From Alphaproteobacteria bacterium (GTDB lineage: Bacteria > Pseudomonadota > Alphaproteobacteria > SP197), in the NCBI GenBank assembly GCA_964291265.2, contig OZ219747.1, positions 3,104,001 to 3,168,000 on the forward strand: DNA of 64,000 nucleotides, given 5' to 3'. Under the pieces are notes generated by a model. It was not told where the DNA came from. It saw only the letters and a list, made by a program, of their open reading frames with translations, and made no database searches. Below, in pieces: positions 20,319-29,145 of the stretch (its first letter is position 1; each line of letters starts with the position of its first letter). The translations under genes were made by a program, and so were the position numbers.

Positions 20319-22672
20319 TGTTCGGAGTTGACGGCGTCGAAATCGGACTCATCATCACCCTGGCATGCCTGTTTGCCGGGATCCTCTCGGGATATCCCGT
20401 GGCTTTCGCCATCGGCGGATCCGCGCTTGTCGCCTTTGCCATCATTGCCGGTCTGAGCGAGTCCGGTCTGCTGATGAAGGACATCATCGACAGCCGCAGT
20501 GACGCCTACGCGGCGCTGATCGGTGCGGGCGTGAAGGAACACGCGATCACCCTCTTCCGCTATCCCGACCTGCCGACGCTGACCGTTCCCGTCTTCGAGA
20601 ACGGCGTCGATGGCGCCTTCTTCCGCATCCTGACGTTCATCGTCAACCGGATGAACGAACGCGTTCTTGCCGGCCCGTCCATCGAGTTGCTCCTGGCCGT
20701 TGCCATGTTCATTCTCATGGGCATCTCCCTGGAGCGTTCGAGGATCGCCCAGGACCTGCTCACGTCCATGGCCCGTGTCTTCGGCGCCCTGCCGGGAGGC
20801 CTGGCTGTCTCGGTGGTGGTGGTGGGCGCCTTTCTCGCCGCCTCGACCGGCATTGTCGGCGCCACCGTCGTCACCATGGGGCTACTGTCCCTGCCCACCA
20901 TGCTGCGCAACCGGTATTCGCCCGAACTGGCGACAGGCGTGATTTCGGCCTCCGGTACCCTGGGGCAGATCATCCCGCCATCGATCGTGATCGTTCTCCT
21001 CGGAACCCTCGCCGGCGATCTCTACTCGACAGCCCAGGAAGAACGCGCGTTGACGGCAGGGTGCCGCGACGCCCTTACCTATCTCGGCGAGGCGGCCGTG
21101 GTCTCCGTGGGCACGCTGTTCAAGGCGGCGATCGTTCCGGGCCTGCTCCTGGCCTTCATCTACGCGGCCTATGTGTTCTGCTATGCCCTCGTGCGCCCTT
21201 CCAAGGCGCCTCCCGTGCGCGTTGCCGCCGCGGGCCTGATGGATGAGGGTTCCACCCTCAACCATCGCCTCTTCTGGTTCCTCGCGGTCCCGGGTCTGAT
21301 GATGGCCCTGGCCGGGGGAATGGTGGCAGCCGGCATCGCCGGTCCGCAGACCGTCGACCGGCTGGCCCTCGTGGAGCGGCCCGAGTTACCGGAACTGCGC
21401 ACCAATGTCCCCGACGACTGCAGGGATTCCATGATCGAGCTCCACGGGCAGGAGAAGTGGGATCGGTCGGTGGCCATGGCGGAAGTCGGGGCCGCGGCAG
21501 GCTTCATCGCGCCAACGGACACAGAGCTCGATGTTCTCGAGGCCGAAGCGATCGCCTTCCTGCCGCCGGTTTCCGAGACACTGCTGATCGGTCTCGTCCT
21601 GCTGGGGCTGGTCATGTCGATCGCCTGGGGCGTCGCGCCGTCGGTCTCGCGCCGCCCCCTTCTCGTCGGCGCCGGCGGGATCGTCGCCACGCTGGCGGCC
21701 GACGCCTGGCTCGTGACACCCGTGATGAGCAGCGGAACCGCCTGGCTCATCCTCGCGCTGCCGGTGGTTGCCGCGCTCCACGGTGTGCGCCATGCCCTGC
21801 CGCGCCTCGCCGAGGTCGAGGTCCTGCGTGTCGTGTTCCCGCCTCTCGTTCTCATCGTTGCCGTGCTCGGTTCCATCCTCGGCGGCGTGACGAGCCCGAC
21901 CGCCGCAGCCGGTCTCGGCGCGTCGGGCGCACTGATGCTGTCGGCCTACCGCCGCCTCTCCGAGCGCAAGGACCGCCGCAAGGGCAGGTTCATTGTCATG
22001 TCGGCGTGGGCCGTCGTGGTGTTCCTGCTCGTGGGCACCAGTTTCGATATCAGAACCTCGATCGAAGTGGTCGGATTCGAGAACTGGCTGGCCTTCATCG
22101 TGTCCGTCGTCGCTTACCACGTCGCCTTCGCCGGGCTCATCTATTCCTGCGTCATTCTCTACCGCGAGGGGCTTCTGCGGTCAGTCGTGCGCGACACGGC
22201 GAAGGTGACGGCCATGGTGTTCGCCATCCTGATCGGCTCCCAGATGCTCAACCTCGTGGTGATCTCCTATGGCGGCGAAGAACACATCCAGGAGTTCCTG
22301 CGCTCCTTCGATGACGAGATGGTGGTGTTCCTCGTGGTCATGGCGGTGCTCTTCATCCTGGGATTCGTCCTTGACTTCCTCGAGATCATCTACATCGTCA
22401 TTCCCATCGTCGGGCCGGTGATCTATGGCGGCACGCTCGATCCCAAGTGGGTGACGATCATGATCGCCGTCAACCTGCAGACCTCGTTCCTGACGCCGCC
22501 CTTCGGATTTGCCCTCTTCTACCTGCGCGGCGTGGCGCCTCCGGGCATCACGACAGGGCAGATCTACAGGGGCGTGGTGCCCTTCGTCATCATCCAGCTG
22601 GTCGGACTCACGCTGATGTGGCTCATCCCCGACATCACCACCTTCCTCCCGGAACTCCTGCCGGAGCACTGA
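20315..22672 (+). CDS. dctM: TRAP transporter large permease (long form)
   Basis: GYPVAFAIGG, AASTGIVGATVVTMG, SGTLGQIIPPS, NLQTSFLTPPFGFALFYLRG. Confidence 0.92.
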   Translation: MMFGVDGVEIGLIITLACLFAGILSGYPVAFAIGGSALVAFAIIAGLSESGLLMKDIIDSRSDAYAALIGAGVKEHAITLFRYPDLPTLTVPVFENGVDGAFFRILTFIVNRMNERVLAGPSIELLLAVAMFILMGISLERSRIAQDLLTSMARVFGALPGGLAVSVVVVGAFLAASTGIVGATVVTMGLLSLPTMLRNRYSPELATGVISASGTLGQIIPPSIVIVLLGTLAGDLYSTAQEERALTAGCRDALTYLGEAAVVSVGTLFKAAIVPGLLLAFIYAAYVFCYALVRPSKAPPVRVAAAGLMDEGSTLNHRLFWFLAVPGLMMALAGGMVAAGIAGPQTVDRLALVERPELPELRTNVPDDCRDSMIELHGQEKWDRSVAMAEVGAAAGFIAPTDTELDVLEAEAIAFLPPVSETLLIGLVLLGLVMSIAWGVAPSVSRRPLLVGAGGIVATLAADAWLVTPVMSSGTAWLILALPVVAALHGVRHALPRLAEVEVLRVVFPPLVLIVAVLGSILGGVTSPTAAAGLGASGALMLSAYRRLSERKDRRKGRFIVMSAWAVVVFLLVGTSFDIRTSIEVVGFENWLAFIVSVVAYHVAFAGLIYSCVILYREGLLRSVVRDTAKVTAMVFAILIGSQMLNLVVISYGGEEHIQEFLRSFDDEMVVFLVVMAVLFILGFVLDFLEIIYIVIPIVGPVIYGGTLDPKWVTIMIAVNLQTSFLTPPFGFALFYLRGVAPPGITTGQIYRGVVPFVIIQLVGLTLMWLIPDITTFLPELLPEH

Positions 22673-22778
22673 TCGTCCGCTATCCGGGCACCGGTCTCCC
22701 GCTCTCCGCTTGTCCGACCGTCATCAGCGAGGTGCAATTCGAGAGACGCGAGGACCTCGCTCGCCTTCCGGTCCGCGC

Positions 22779-23519
22779 TCAGGCGGACCTCGGCGGGAGG
22801 TCGGTCCAGCCTTCGCTCGTGAGGGCCTGCAGCGGGCGGAAGTTTCCCTTGTAGGACATCGTTTCACTGCCAGCGATCCAGTAACCCAGGTAGACATGGG
22901 CGCGGCCTGTCTTGAGTGCGTGCTCGATGTGCCAGAGAACGAGCCAGGTACCGAGGCTGCGGCGCGCCATGTTCGGATCGAAGAACTTGTAGACGCCCGA
23001 AAGCCCGTTCTCCATCCAGTCGCTGAGTGAGACGGCGACGAGGACTCCATCGGCGTTTCGAGCCTCGACGAGGCGGGTATCGACAGGCGTGTCACAGACC
23101 ATCTCCCTGAAGTCGTCGTAGTCCATCATCGACATGCCGCCTCCCTGGTGGCGCGCCTCGATGTAGCGGCGAAAGAGCGCATGGTGTTCCGGCGTGGCCC
23201 GAGGGGCGGTGAGGCTGACCTCGAGGTCACGGTTGCGGCGCAGGATGCGGCGGTGACTGCGCGATGCCTGGTAGTCCGCCACCGGAATCCTCACGGCGAC
23301 GCAGGCATCGCAACCGGTACACGCCGGCCTGTAGGCCACCTGGTGGGAGCGTCGGAATCCAGCCTGACTCAGCACGTCGTGGAGTCGTTCCGGCTCGTCC
23401 GCGGCCTGGAGGTCGGTCATGACCATCTGCTCCTCCCGATCCGGCAGGTAGGAACAGGTACGTTCCCGCGAGGCAGAAAACAGGACAGGCGGCCGTCCCA
23501 TGTTCCTTCGCTCCTTCAT
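22779..23519 (-). CDS. Arginyl-tRNA-protein transferase family protein (bacterial Bpt/Ate, Asp/Glu leucyltransferase)
   Basis: CSYLP, GFRRS, YRPACTGCDAC, LSGVYKFFDP, RSLG, VYLGYWI, MSYK. Confidence 0.9.
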   Translation of the reverse strand: MKERRNMGRPPVLFSASRERTCSYLPDREEQMVMTDLQAADEPERLHDVLSQAGFRRSHQVAYRPACTGCDACVAVRIPVADYQASRSHRRILRRNRDLEVSLTAPRATPEHHALFRRYIEARHQGGGMSMMDYDDFREMVCDTPVDTRLVEARNADGVLVAVSLSDWMENGLSGVYKFFDPNMARRSLGTWLVLWHIEHALKTGRAHVYLGYWIAGSETMSYKGNFRPLQALTSEGWTDLPPRSA

Positions 23520-23629
23520 ATGATGCGACCACTCCCATTTTCCGGTTGGTCCCGGGCATGGCGTGGCGGCGCGACCCGGAATTGAACCGTGCAGTATAGC
23601 AGACCCCCTTCGGCGGACGGTCCCATGCC

Positions 23630-23641
23630 GGTGATCGACTC
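23630..23641 (+). repeat. 12-bp direct repeat GGTGATCGACTC, left copy (partner at 25808-25819)
   Basis: Exact 12-mer abutting the outer end of the long repeat. Confidence 0.7.
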
Positions 23642-23824
23642 AAGACTATTCTTTTGTCCAGGTTCGCCCGACGAGGGGGCGGCGTAGGCAGATCTGGAGG
23701 TTCATTCGGGACCGGATTTCGTTGTCGATATGCCGGTTCCGACCTCGAGAAGGAACACCACTCACTTCAAGAACGGCCACTGACGCGGTTGTCCACCGCC
23801 GATCGCGACAACAGAATGGTCCTG
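23641..23824 (+). repeat. Long imperfect direct repeat, copy 1 (partner at 25627-25808)
   Basis: Colinear similarity over ~180 bp, with an identical 29-bp core TCGATATGCCGGTTCCGACCTCGAGAAGG at 23725-23753 and 25710-25738. Confidence 0.9.
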
Positions 23825-23979
23825 TCTGGTCGTATCCGTCCCTTGCTCATGGACCGTCGGGCGGATAGCGTGGCCGTTGTGTTCAGGCGCGACCGCACCG
23901 GGACATTCGGAGCCTTTACAGGAGAAGTGCCGAGCTCCCGCCTCAGCTGCAGGTTCCACCGCCGCGAAGGGAGAGACCG

Positions 23980-25545
23980 ATGAGCCGTCGCCGTCTTCCG
24001 ATCGGGATCCAGGACTTTCCGACGATCCGCAGCGAGGACTTCTACTACGTCGACAAGACCTCGCTCGTCCGGCGTCTGGTGGACGAGGGGCGCCACTACT
24101 TCCTGTCGCGTCCGCGCCGTTTCGGCAAGAGCCTGCTGCTTGACACCCTGCGATCGCTGTTCGCCTGTGACGAACCCCTGTTCCGGGGACTGGACATCCA
24201 CCCCCACTGGGACTGGTCGGCGCCGCATCCGGTGGTGCGGCTGAGCTTCGGCGGGAAGTACAACGAACCGGGCGAGATCGAAGGGGACATCATCGAGCAA
24301 CTGGAGGGCGTGGAGCGCGGGTACGATCTCCCGCCAGCCCGGACATCCGATACCGGTCCGAGGCGCCTGCGGAACCTTCTCGACCGCCTTCACGGCGCCA
24401 CCGGCCGGCAGGTGGTGGTGCTGGTGGACGAGTACGACAAGCCGATCCTCGACGTGCTCCACGATCCCGGGCTTGCGAGGGCCAACCGGGACTACCTGCG
24501 CGGCTTCTACGGCATCGTCAAGGACAGCGCCAGGCATGTCCGCTTCGTCTTCGTCACCGGTGTCAGCATGTTCTCGAAGGTCAGCCTGTTCTCGGGTCTC
24601 AACAATCTCGAGGACATCAGCCTTGATTCGCGCTTTGCCACGATCTGCGGCTACCGCGAGGAGGATCTCGACCGTGTGTTCGGGCCTGAGCTTGTCGGAC
24701 TGGACCGCGAGGAGATCCGCACCTGGTACAACGGCTACCACTGGCGGGGCGGGGAACGGGTCTACAACCCCTACGATGTGCTCCTGTTCCTGCGGAGCCG
24801 CGAGTTCCGTCCCTACTGGTTCGAGACCGGGTCGCCTGACTTCCTGTTCCGCATGCTGATGGAGAAGTCGGTGAGCCCGATGGAACTGGAGGGGCGGCTG
24901 GCGGGCACGTCCCTGGTCTCGAAGTTCGATGTCGACGACATCGCCATCGAGGCACTGCTCTTCCAGACCGGCTACCTGACCATTGCGGGGGAGGAGAAGC
25001 AGGGCCACAGGACCCTCTACCGGCTGGACTATCCCAACCTCGAGGTCCGGCTCAGCCTCAACGACGAGCTGCTTGCCTGGCTGGGCAGGAAGGGGATCGA
25101 GCCGCTGGAGCGGGGCCGCGAGTTCTGCGCCCTGCTGGAGGCGAACGACTTCGCCGGCTTCGGCGAGAAGCTCCGCGCCTGGCTTGCGAGCATTCCCTAC
25201 CAGTGGCATGCGAAGGGCGACCTGGCGCGCTACGAGGCCTGGTATGCGAGCCTTCTCTATATGTGCCTGCGTTCGGTCGGGGTGAATTTGAGCGTGGAGG
25301 AGGCCTCGCACCGCGGCCGTGCGGACATGGTGGTGCGCCTCGGCGGTCAGGTCTTCGTGCTGGAGTTCAAGATGGCCGAGGGCGAGGGGGACGGCGCTGC
25401 GGCGCTGGATGCGGCGCTGGCGCAGATGCGCGAGCGGGGCTATGCCGAGACCTACCGCGACCACGCCGGCCCGGTCCACCTCGTCGGCGTGGCCTGCGGG
25501 CGCGAGGCGCGGAACCTCCTCGACATCCGCGCCGAATCTGCATGA
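23980..25545 (+). CDS. AAA-ATPase-like protein with C-terminal PD-(D/E)XK nuclease domain (DUF1703-type)
   Basis: LPIGIQDF, YYVDKT, SRPRRFGKSL (Walker A), LVDEYDKP (Walker B), WYNGY, GRADMV...VLEFK, ALAQMRERGY. Confidence 0.92.
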   Translation: MSRRRLPIGIQDFPTIRSEDFYYVDKTSLVRRLVDEGRHYFLSRPRRFGKSLLLDTLRSLFACDEPLFRGLDIHPHWDWSAPHPVVRLSFGGKYNEPGEIEGDIIEQLEGVERGYDLPPARTSDTGPRRLRNLLDRLHGATGRQVVVLVDEYDKPILDVLHDPGLARANRDYLRGFYGIVKDSARHVRFVFVTGVSMFSKVSLFSGLNNLEDISLDSRFATICGYREEDLDRVFGPELVGLDREEIRTWYNGYHWRGGERVYNPYDVLLFLRSREFRPYWFETGSPDFLFRMLMEKSVSPMELEGRLAGTSLVSKFDVDDIAIEALLFQTGYLTIAGEEKQGHRTLYRLDYPNLEVRLSLNDELLAWLGRKGIEPLERGREFCALLEANDFAGFGEKLRAWLASIPYQWHAKGDLARYEAWYASLLYMCLRSVGVNLSVEEASHRGRADMVVRLGGQVFVLEFKMAEGEGDGAAALDAALAQMRERGYAETYRDHAGPVHLVGVACGREARNLLDIRAESA

Positions 25546-25626
25546 TCAAGGGTTACCATGCTCGCGATACCGTCCACATCGACCGCACCCGAACAGGAGT
25601 TTCACCGGTTCGTCAAGTCAGGGCAG

Positions 25627-25808
25627 CAAGGGCTATTTTTGTCCGGTTTCGTCCGACGAGGAGGCGTTGCAGGCAGATCGGGAGGTCCATTCGGGAGCGG
25701 ATTTCGTTATCGATATGCCGGTTCCGACCTCGAGAAGGTGCCACCAACTTCAAGAACGGCCACTCTGACGCAGTTGTCCACCGCCGATTGCGACAAAGAA
25801 TGGTCCTG
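25627..25808 (+). repeat. Long imperfect direct repeat, copy 2
   Basis: See copy 1; ends at GAATGGTCCTG, running directly into the right 12-bp repeat. Confidence 0.9.
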
Positions 25809-25819
25809 GTGATCGACTC
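25808..25819 (+). repeat. 12-bp direct repeat GGTGATCGACTC, right copy
   Basis: Exact match to 23630-23641. Confidence 0.7.
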
Positions 25820-26318
25820 GGGCCCCTTTTCGAACAGGCGATGGGACGGACCGATCACGGTCGGGCATGAGAGTTCGCCAATGACCTGACGGCGAAGAAT
25901 TTCTTTTCCTTCCAGATTTTTGCGGGCATGACCTGTATCGTGCAAGCAATTGGATGCACATGACCGGCCTGACGCGGCACACCGTCTTCTGCATGGCGGC
26001 GAGGGGAGTCCGCGGGGAAAGGCTTGGGCTGGTTGTTGGATCTGGGAGGACTCCTATTGCGAGAGGACAACGAGGTGACAGCCGTGCTGTTGCGAGAACC
26101 TCAGGTGTTGCCCGCCAAGCCCTGCAGCCGCTATGTCGCCGGGCGTGAAGCGCCGGCACGGCATATGAATGCCATGGTGTGGAAGGACTGCATGGCGGTC
26201 CGCGCTGCCTGACGGTCAGCCTCCACTTGTGCACAGGGGATCACGGTGCATCCCTCGTCCCATCCTCGCGTGTTGGTTATCGTGGCTGTTGTGCTCTGTG
26301 CGAATGGAAGTCTCTCGA

Positions 26319-28175
26319 ATGACCCTCATCGATGATTACCGGAATCCCTCTGCGTCTATGCTGCTCGGCTTGCTGAACATCGAGCATCTGGATGTGATGG
26401 TGCGATGGCTGTCGCCGCCACAACCATGGCCGTCACGCAAGGCCGAACTGATCGACACTGTCGAAGCCGCGCTCCACGGCGAGTCGCTTCGCCGTATCTG
26501 GCGGGAGCTCGACGAATTCGAGAGGCTCGCTGTGAGCGAGGCGCTTCACGGAGAAAGGGGCTACGACCCCGTGCGGTTTGCCGCCACGTACGGAACACTG
26601 CCCAGGGGTCATCTCCCGGTCTTCAAGTGGGCCTCGATGCCCTTCCGGTTGATCTTCCATTCGAGAGAACGTCGGGGCAGCACCAGCGACCTCTTCATAC
26701 CCCGAGACCTGGCAGATCGCCTGCGGCCCTTCGTTGACGAACCGCCGGAGACGTCCCTTGACAGTCACGATGAGGTGCCGCGAACCGTCTGGCAGCGGCC
26801 TCCCTTCCACTTCATGGATGATGACGAGGAGGAGCCGGCAATCGAGAGCGAGGTCCTGTGCCGGGGCATGGAACAGACGGCACAACGCGATCTCGTCACC
26901 GTGTTGCGCCTGATCGATCTTGGCCGGATTGGCGCCAGCGCGAAGAGCCGGCGGGCGACGGCAGCCGCCATGCATCACATCGAGGAGGGGCTCGCCGGGG
27001 GAGACTTCTATGCGGCATCCGGGCAGGAACGCGAGGCCTGGGAGCAGGAAATCGGGCCCATCAGGGCCCATGCCTGGCCCTGGCTCGTCCAGGCCGGAAA
27101 GCTCGCAGAGGTGCGAGGCGCGAAGCTGGCCCTGACCAAGGCTGGCTACAAGGCCCTGGGTGCGGCGCCGGCCGAGACCTTGCGCCTGGTGTGGCGGCGG
27201 TGGGTCGCGACCTCGCTGCTCGACGAGTTCAGCCGGATCGATGACATCAAGGGCCAGAGCAGCACCAAGGGCAAGCGCGCGAGGACGGCCGTGGCGAAGC
27301 GACGTCCCGTCATTGCCGAGGCCCTGGCGGAATGTCCCGTTGGCCGATGGGTGCTCCTCGACGATTTCTCCGATTACATGCGGGCCGAAGCCTTCGACTT
27401 CGAGATCACGCGCGATCCAGGGACTCTCTACATCGCCGACTCGTACTATGGTTCCCTGGGATACGGCAACCGTCACGAGTGGCACCTTCTCGAAGGCCGC
27501 TACCTTCTGTGCCTGCTGTTCGAGTATGCCGCCACACTGGGCCTGATCGATGTCGCCTACACGCCTCCGGTCAACGCTCGGCCGGACTTCGTGCATATGT
27601 GGGGAACCGAAAGCCTGAAATGGCTCAGCCGTTACGACGGTCTGCTCTACTTCCGACTGAACCCGCTCGGCGCGTACTGCCTGGGGCTGGTCGACACATA
27701 CGAGCCTGGCGTCCCGGAGGCGCGGACTTCGCTGAGTGTCTTTGCCGACCGCCGTGTCACGATCCGGGAATCCCTGACGCCGGAAGAAGGGCTGATCCTC
27801 GAGACGATTGCGGAATCCGAGGGGGACGGCGTCTGGCGCCTGTCCGACGAGAAGACAATGAACGCGCTCGAGAACGGGCGGGATGTCAAGGAGTTCTTGA
27901 ACTTTCTTGCGGCGCGGGATGATCAGCCCCTGCCGGAGGCGGTCGAGGGGTTCTTCAGGAATGCGGAGCGCAGGGCCCGCGCGCTCACGGTGCAGGGTTC
28001 CGCACTCCTCATCGAGTGCGCCGACGAGGAGACGGCCGCCAGGGTGGCCGGCGACCGGAACTCGGCGAAACTCTGCGTGCGCGCCGGGAAGACACTTCTC
28101 GTTGTCCGGACGCCCCAGGAGGATGCGTTCCGCAAGGCCGTGCGCAACCTCGGTTATGGAATGCCGCCCACCTGA
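26319..28175 (+). CDS. Conserved hypothetical protein with a probable XPB/Ssl2 helicase-associated (Helicase_C_3-like) C-terminal domain
   Basis: Long ORF with LFEYAATLGLIDVAY and LSRYDGL.YFRLNPLGAY, and a C-terminal region VWRLS...ALENG...FLAAR..QPLP. Start uncertain (ORF open from 26169). Confidence 0.6.
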   Translation: MTLIDDYRNPSASMLLGLLNIEHLDVMVRWLSPPQPWPSRKAELIDTVEAALHGESLRRIWRELDEFERLAVSEALHGERGYDPVRFAATYGTLPRGHLPVFKWASMPFRLIFHSRERRGSTSDLFIPRDLADRLRPFVDEPPETSLDSHDEVPRTVWQRPPFHFMDDDEEEPAIESEVLCRGMEQTAQRDLVTVLRLIDLGRIGASAKSRRATAAAMHHIEEGLAGGDFYAASGQEREAWEQEIGPIRAHAWPWLVQAGKLAEVRGAKLALTKAGYKALGAAPAETLRLVWRRWVATSLLDEFSRIDDIKGQSSTKGKRARTAVAKRRPVIAEALAECPVGRWVLLDDFSDYMRAEAFDFEITRDPGTLYIADSYYGSLGYGNRHEWHLLEGRYLLCLLFEYAATLGLIDVAYTPPVNARPDFVHMWGTESLKWLSRYDGLLYFRLNPLGAYCLGLVDTYEPGVPEARTSLSVFADRRVTIRESLTPEEGLILETIAESEGDGVWRLSDEKTMNALENGRDVKEFLNFLAARDDQPLPEAVEGFFRNAERRARALTVQGSALLIECADEETAARVAGDRNSAKLCVRAGKTLLVVRTPQEDAFRKAVRNLGYGMPPT

Positions 28176-28215
28176 GAAGAAGGCGACCTGGTCGCAGGAG
28201 CGAAGGAGAAGCGCC

Positions 28216-29145
28216 ATGTCGGGGCGGGTCTGTCTTGTCGGGCTGGGGACCATGGGTCGGCCGATGGTTCAGCGTCTTGCTGCAGCAGGGCTGAGCGTGG
28301 TCGGTTGGGACATCGATGCCGAAGCGAGAAGGGGTCTCGGCACTCCATCCCTCCAAGAGACGGCGCACGATGCCGAGACCGTGATCACCGTGCTTCCCGA
28401 TGGGGAGAGTGTCGCCGGCGTTGTCGAAGCCCTTCTCCGCCAGAGAGGAGGGCGCATGTTCCTCGACTGTTCTTCCATCGATGTTGCCACCACGCACCGC
28501 CTTGCCAGGGCGGCGGATGGTGCGGGTTGCGGTTTCGTCGATGCGCCGATGTCAGGCGGCCCTGAAGGTGCGCGCGACGGAAGCCTGAGCTTCATGGTCG
28601 GCGGAGCCTGCGACCACGTGGCTCGTGCCGGTCCCCTGCTCGACATCCTGGGACAGCGGATCACGCATTTCGGCGGACCCGGTTCGGGCCAGGCCGCCAA
28701 GGCCTGCCACAACATGATCTGCGGCATCACCATGCTCGGGGTCTGCGAGGCCTTTGCCCTGGCGCAGTCCCTCGATCTCGATGCCGGGAAGTTCCTCGAT
28801 CTGTGCCGCGGCGCCGCGGCGCAGAGCTGGATCCTGGACAACCGCTGTCCGGTGCCTGGACTTGCGCCCGATGTACCGGCGTCCCATGGCTATGCCCCGG
28901 GGTTTGCCGCACGGTTGATGGCCAAGGATCTGGCTCTCGCCCAGGAGGCGGCGGCGACCTGCGGTCAGATGACCCCCCTCGGCGCCGAAGCCGCCCGGCG
29001 TTTCGCCCGCTTTGCCGCGTCCGGCGACGGCGACCTCGACATCTCCGCCATCTATCGGGCCATCCGTCCCCTTGTCGATGACGGGGTGATGTCAGACTCT
29101 GAGACGGGCGTTGCCGGGGTCGTAGAAGGGCAGGGGAGACGGTGA
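28216..29145 (+). CDS. mmsB: 3-hydroxyisobutyrate dehydrogenase family protein
   Basis: GLGTMG Rossmann motif, DAPMSGG, GSGQAAKACHNM, CPVPG, GFAARLMAKDL; AGGAG RBS. Confidence 0.85.
   Translation: MSGRVCLVGLGTMGRPMVQRLAAAGLSVVGWDIDAEARRGLGTPSLQETAHDAETVITVLPDGESVAGVVEALLRQRGGRMFLDCSSIDVATTHRLARAADGAGCGFVDAPMSGGPEGARDGSLSFMVGGACDHVARAGPLLDILGQRITHFGGPGSGQAAKACHNMICGITMLGVCEAFALAQSLDLDAGKFLDLCRGAAAQSWILDNRCPVPGLAPDVPASHGYAPGFAARLMAKDLALAQEAAATCGQMTPLGAEAARRFARFAASGDGDLDISAIYRAIRPLVDDGVMSDSETGVAGVVEGQGRR

Noticed and set aside
25954-26212. Small ORFs upstream of the helicase-associated gene
   Set aside because: No recognisable motif or convincing RBS; possibly a remnant, but unsupported.
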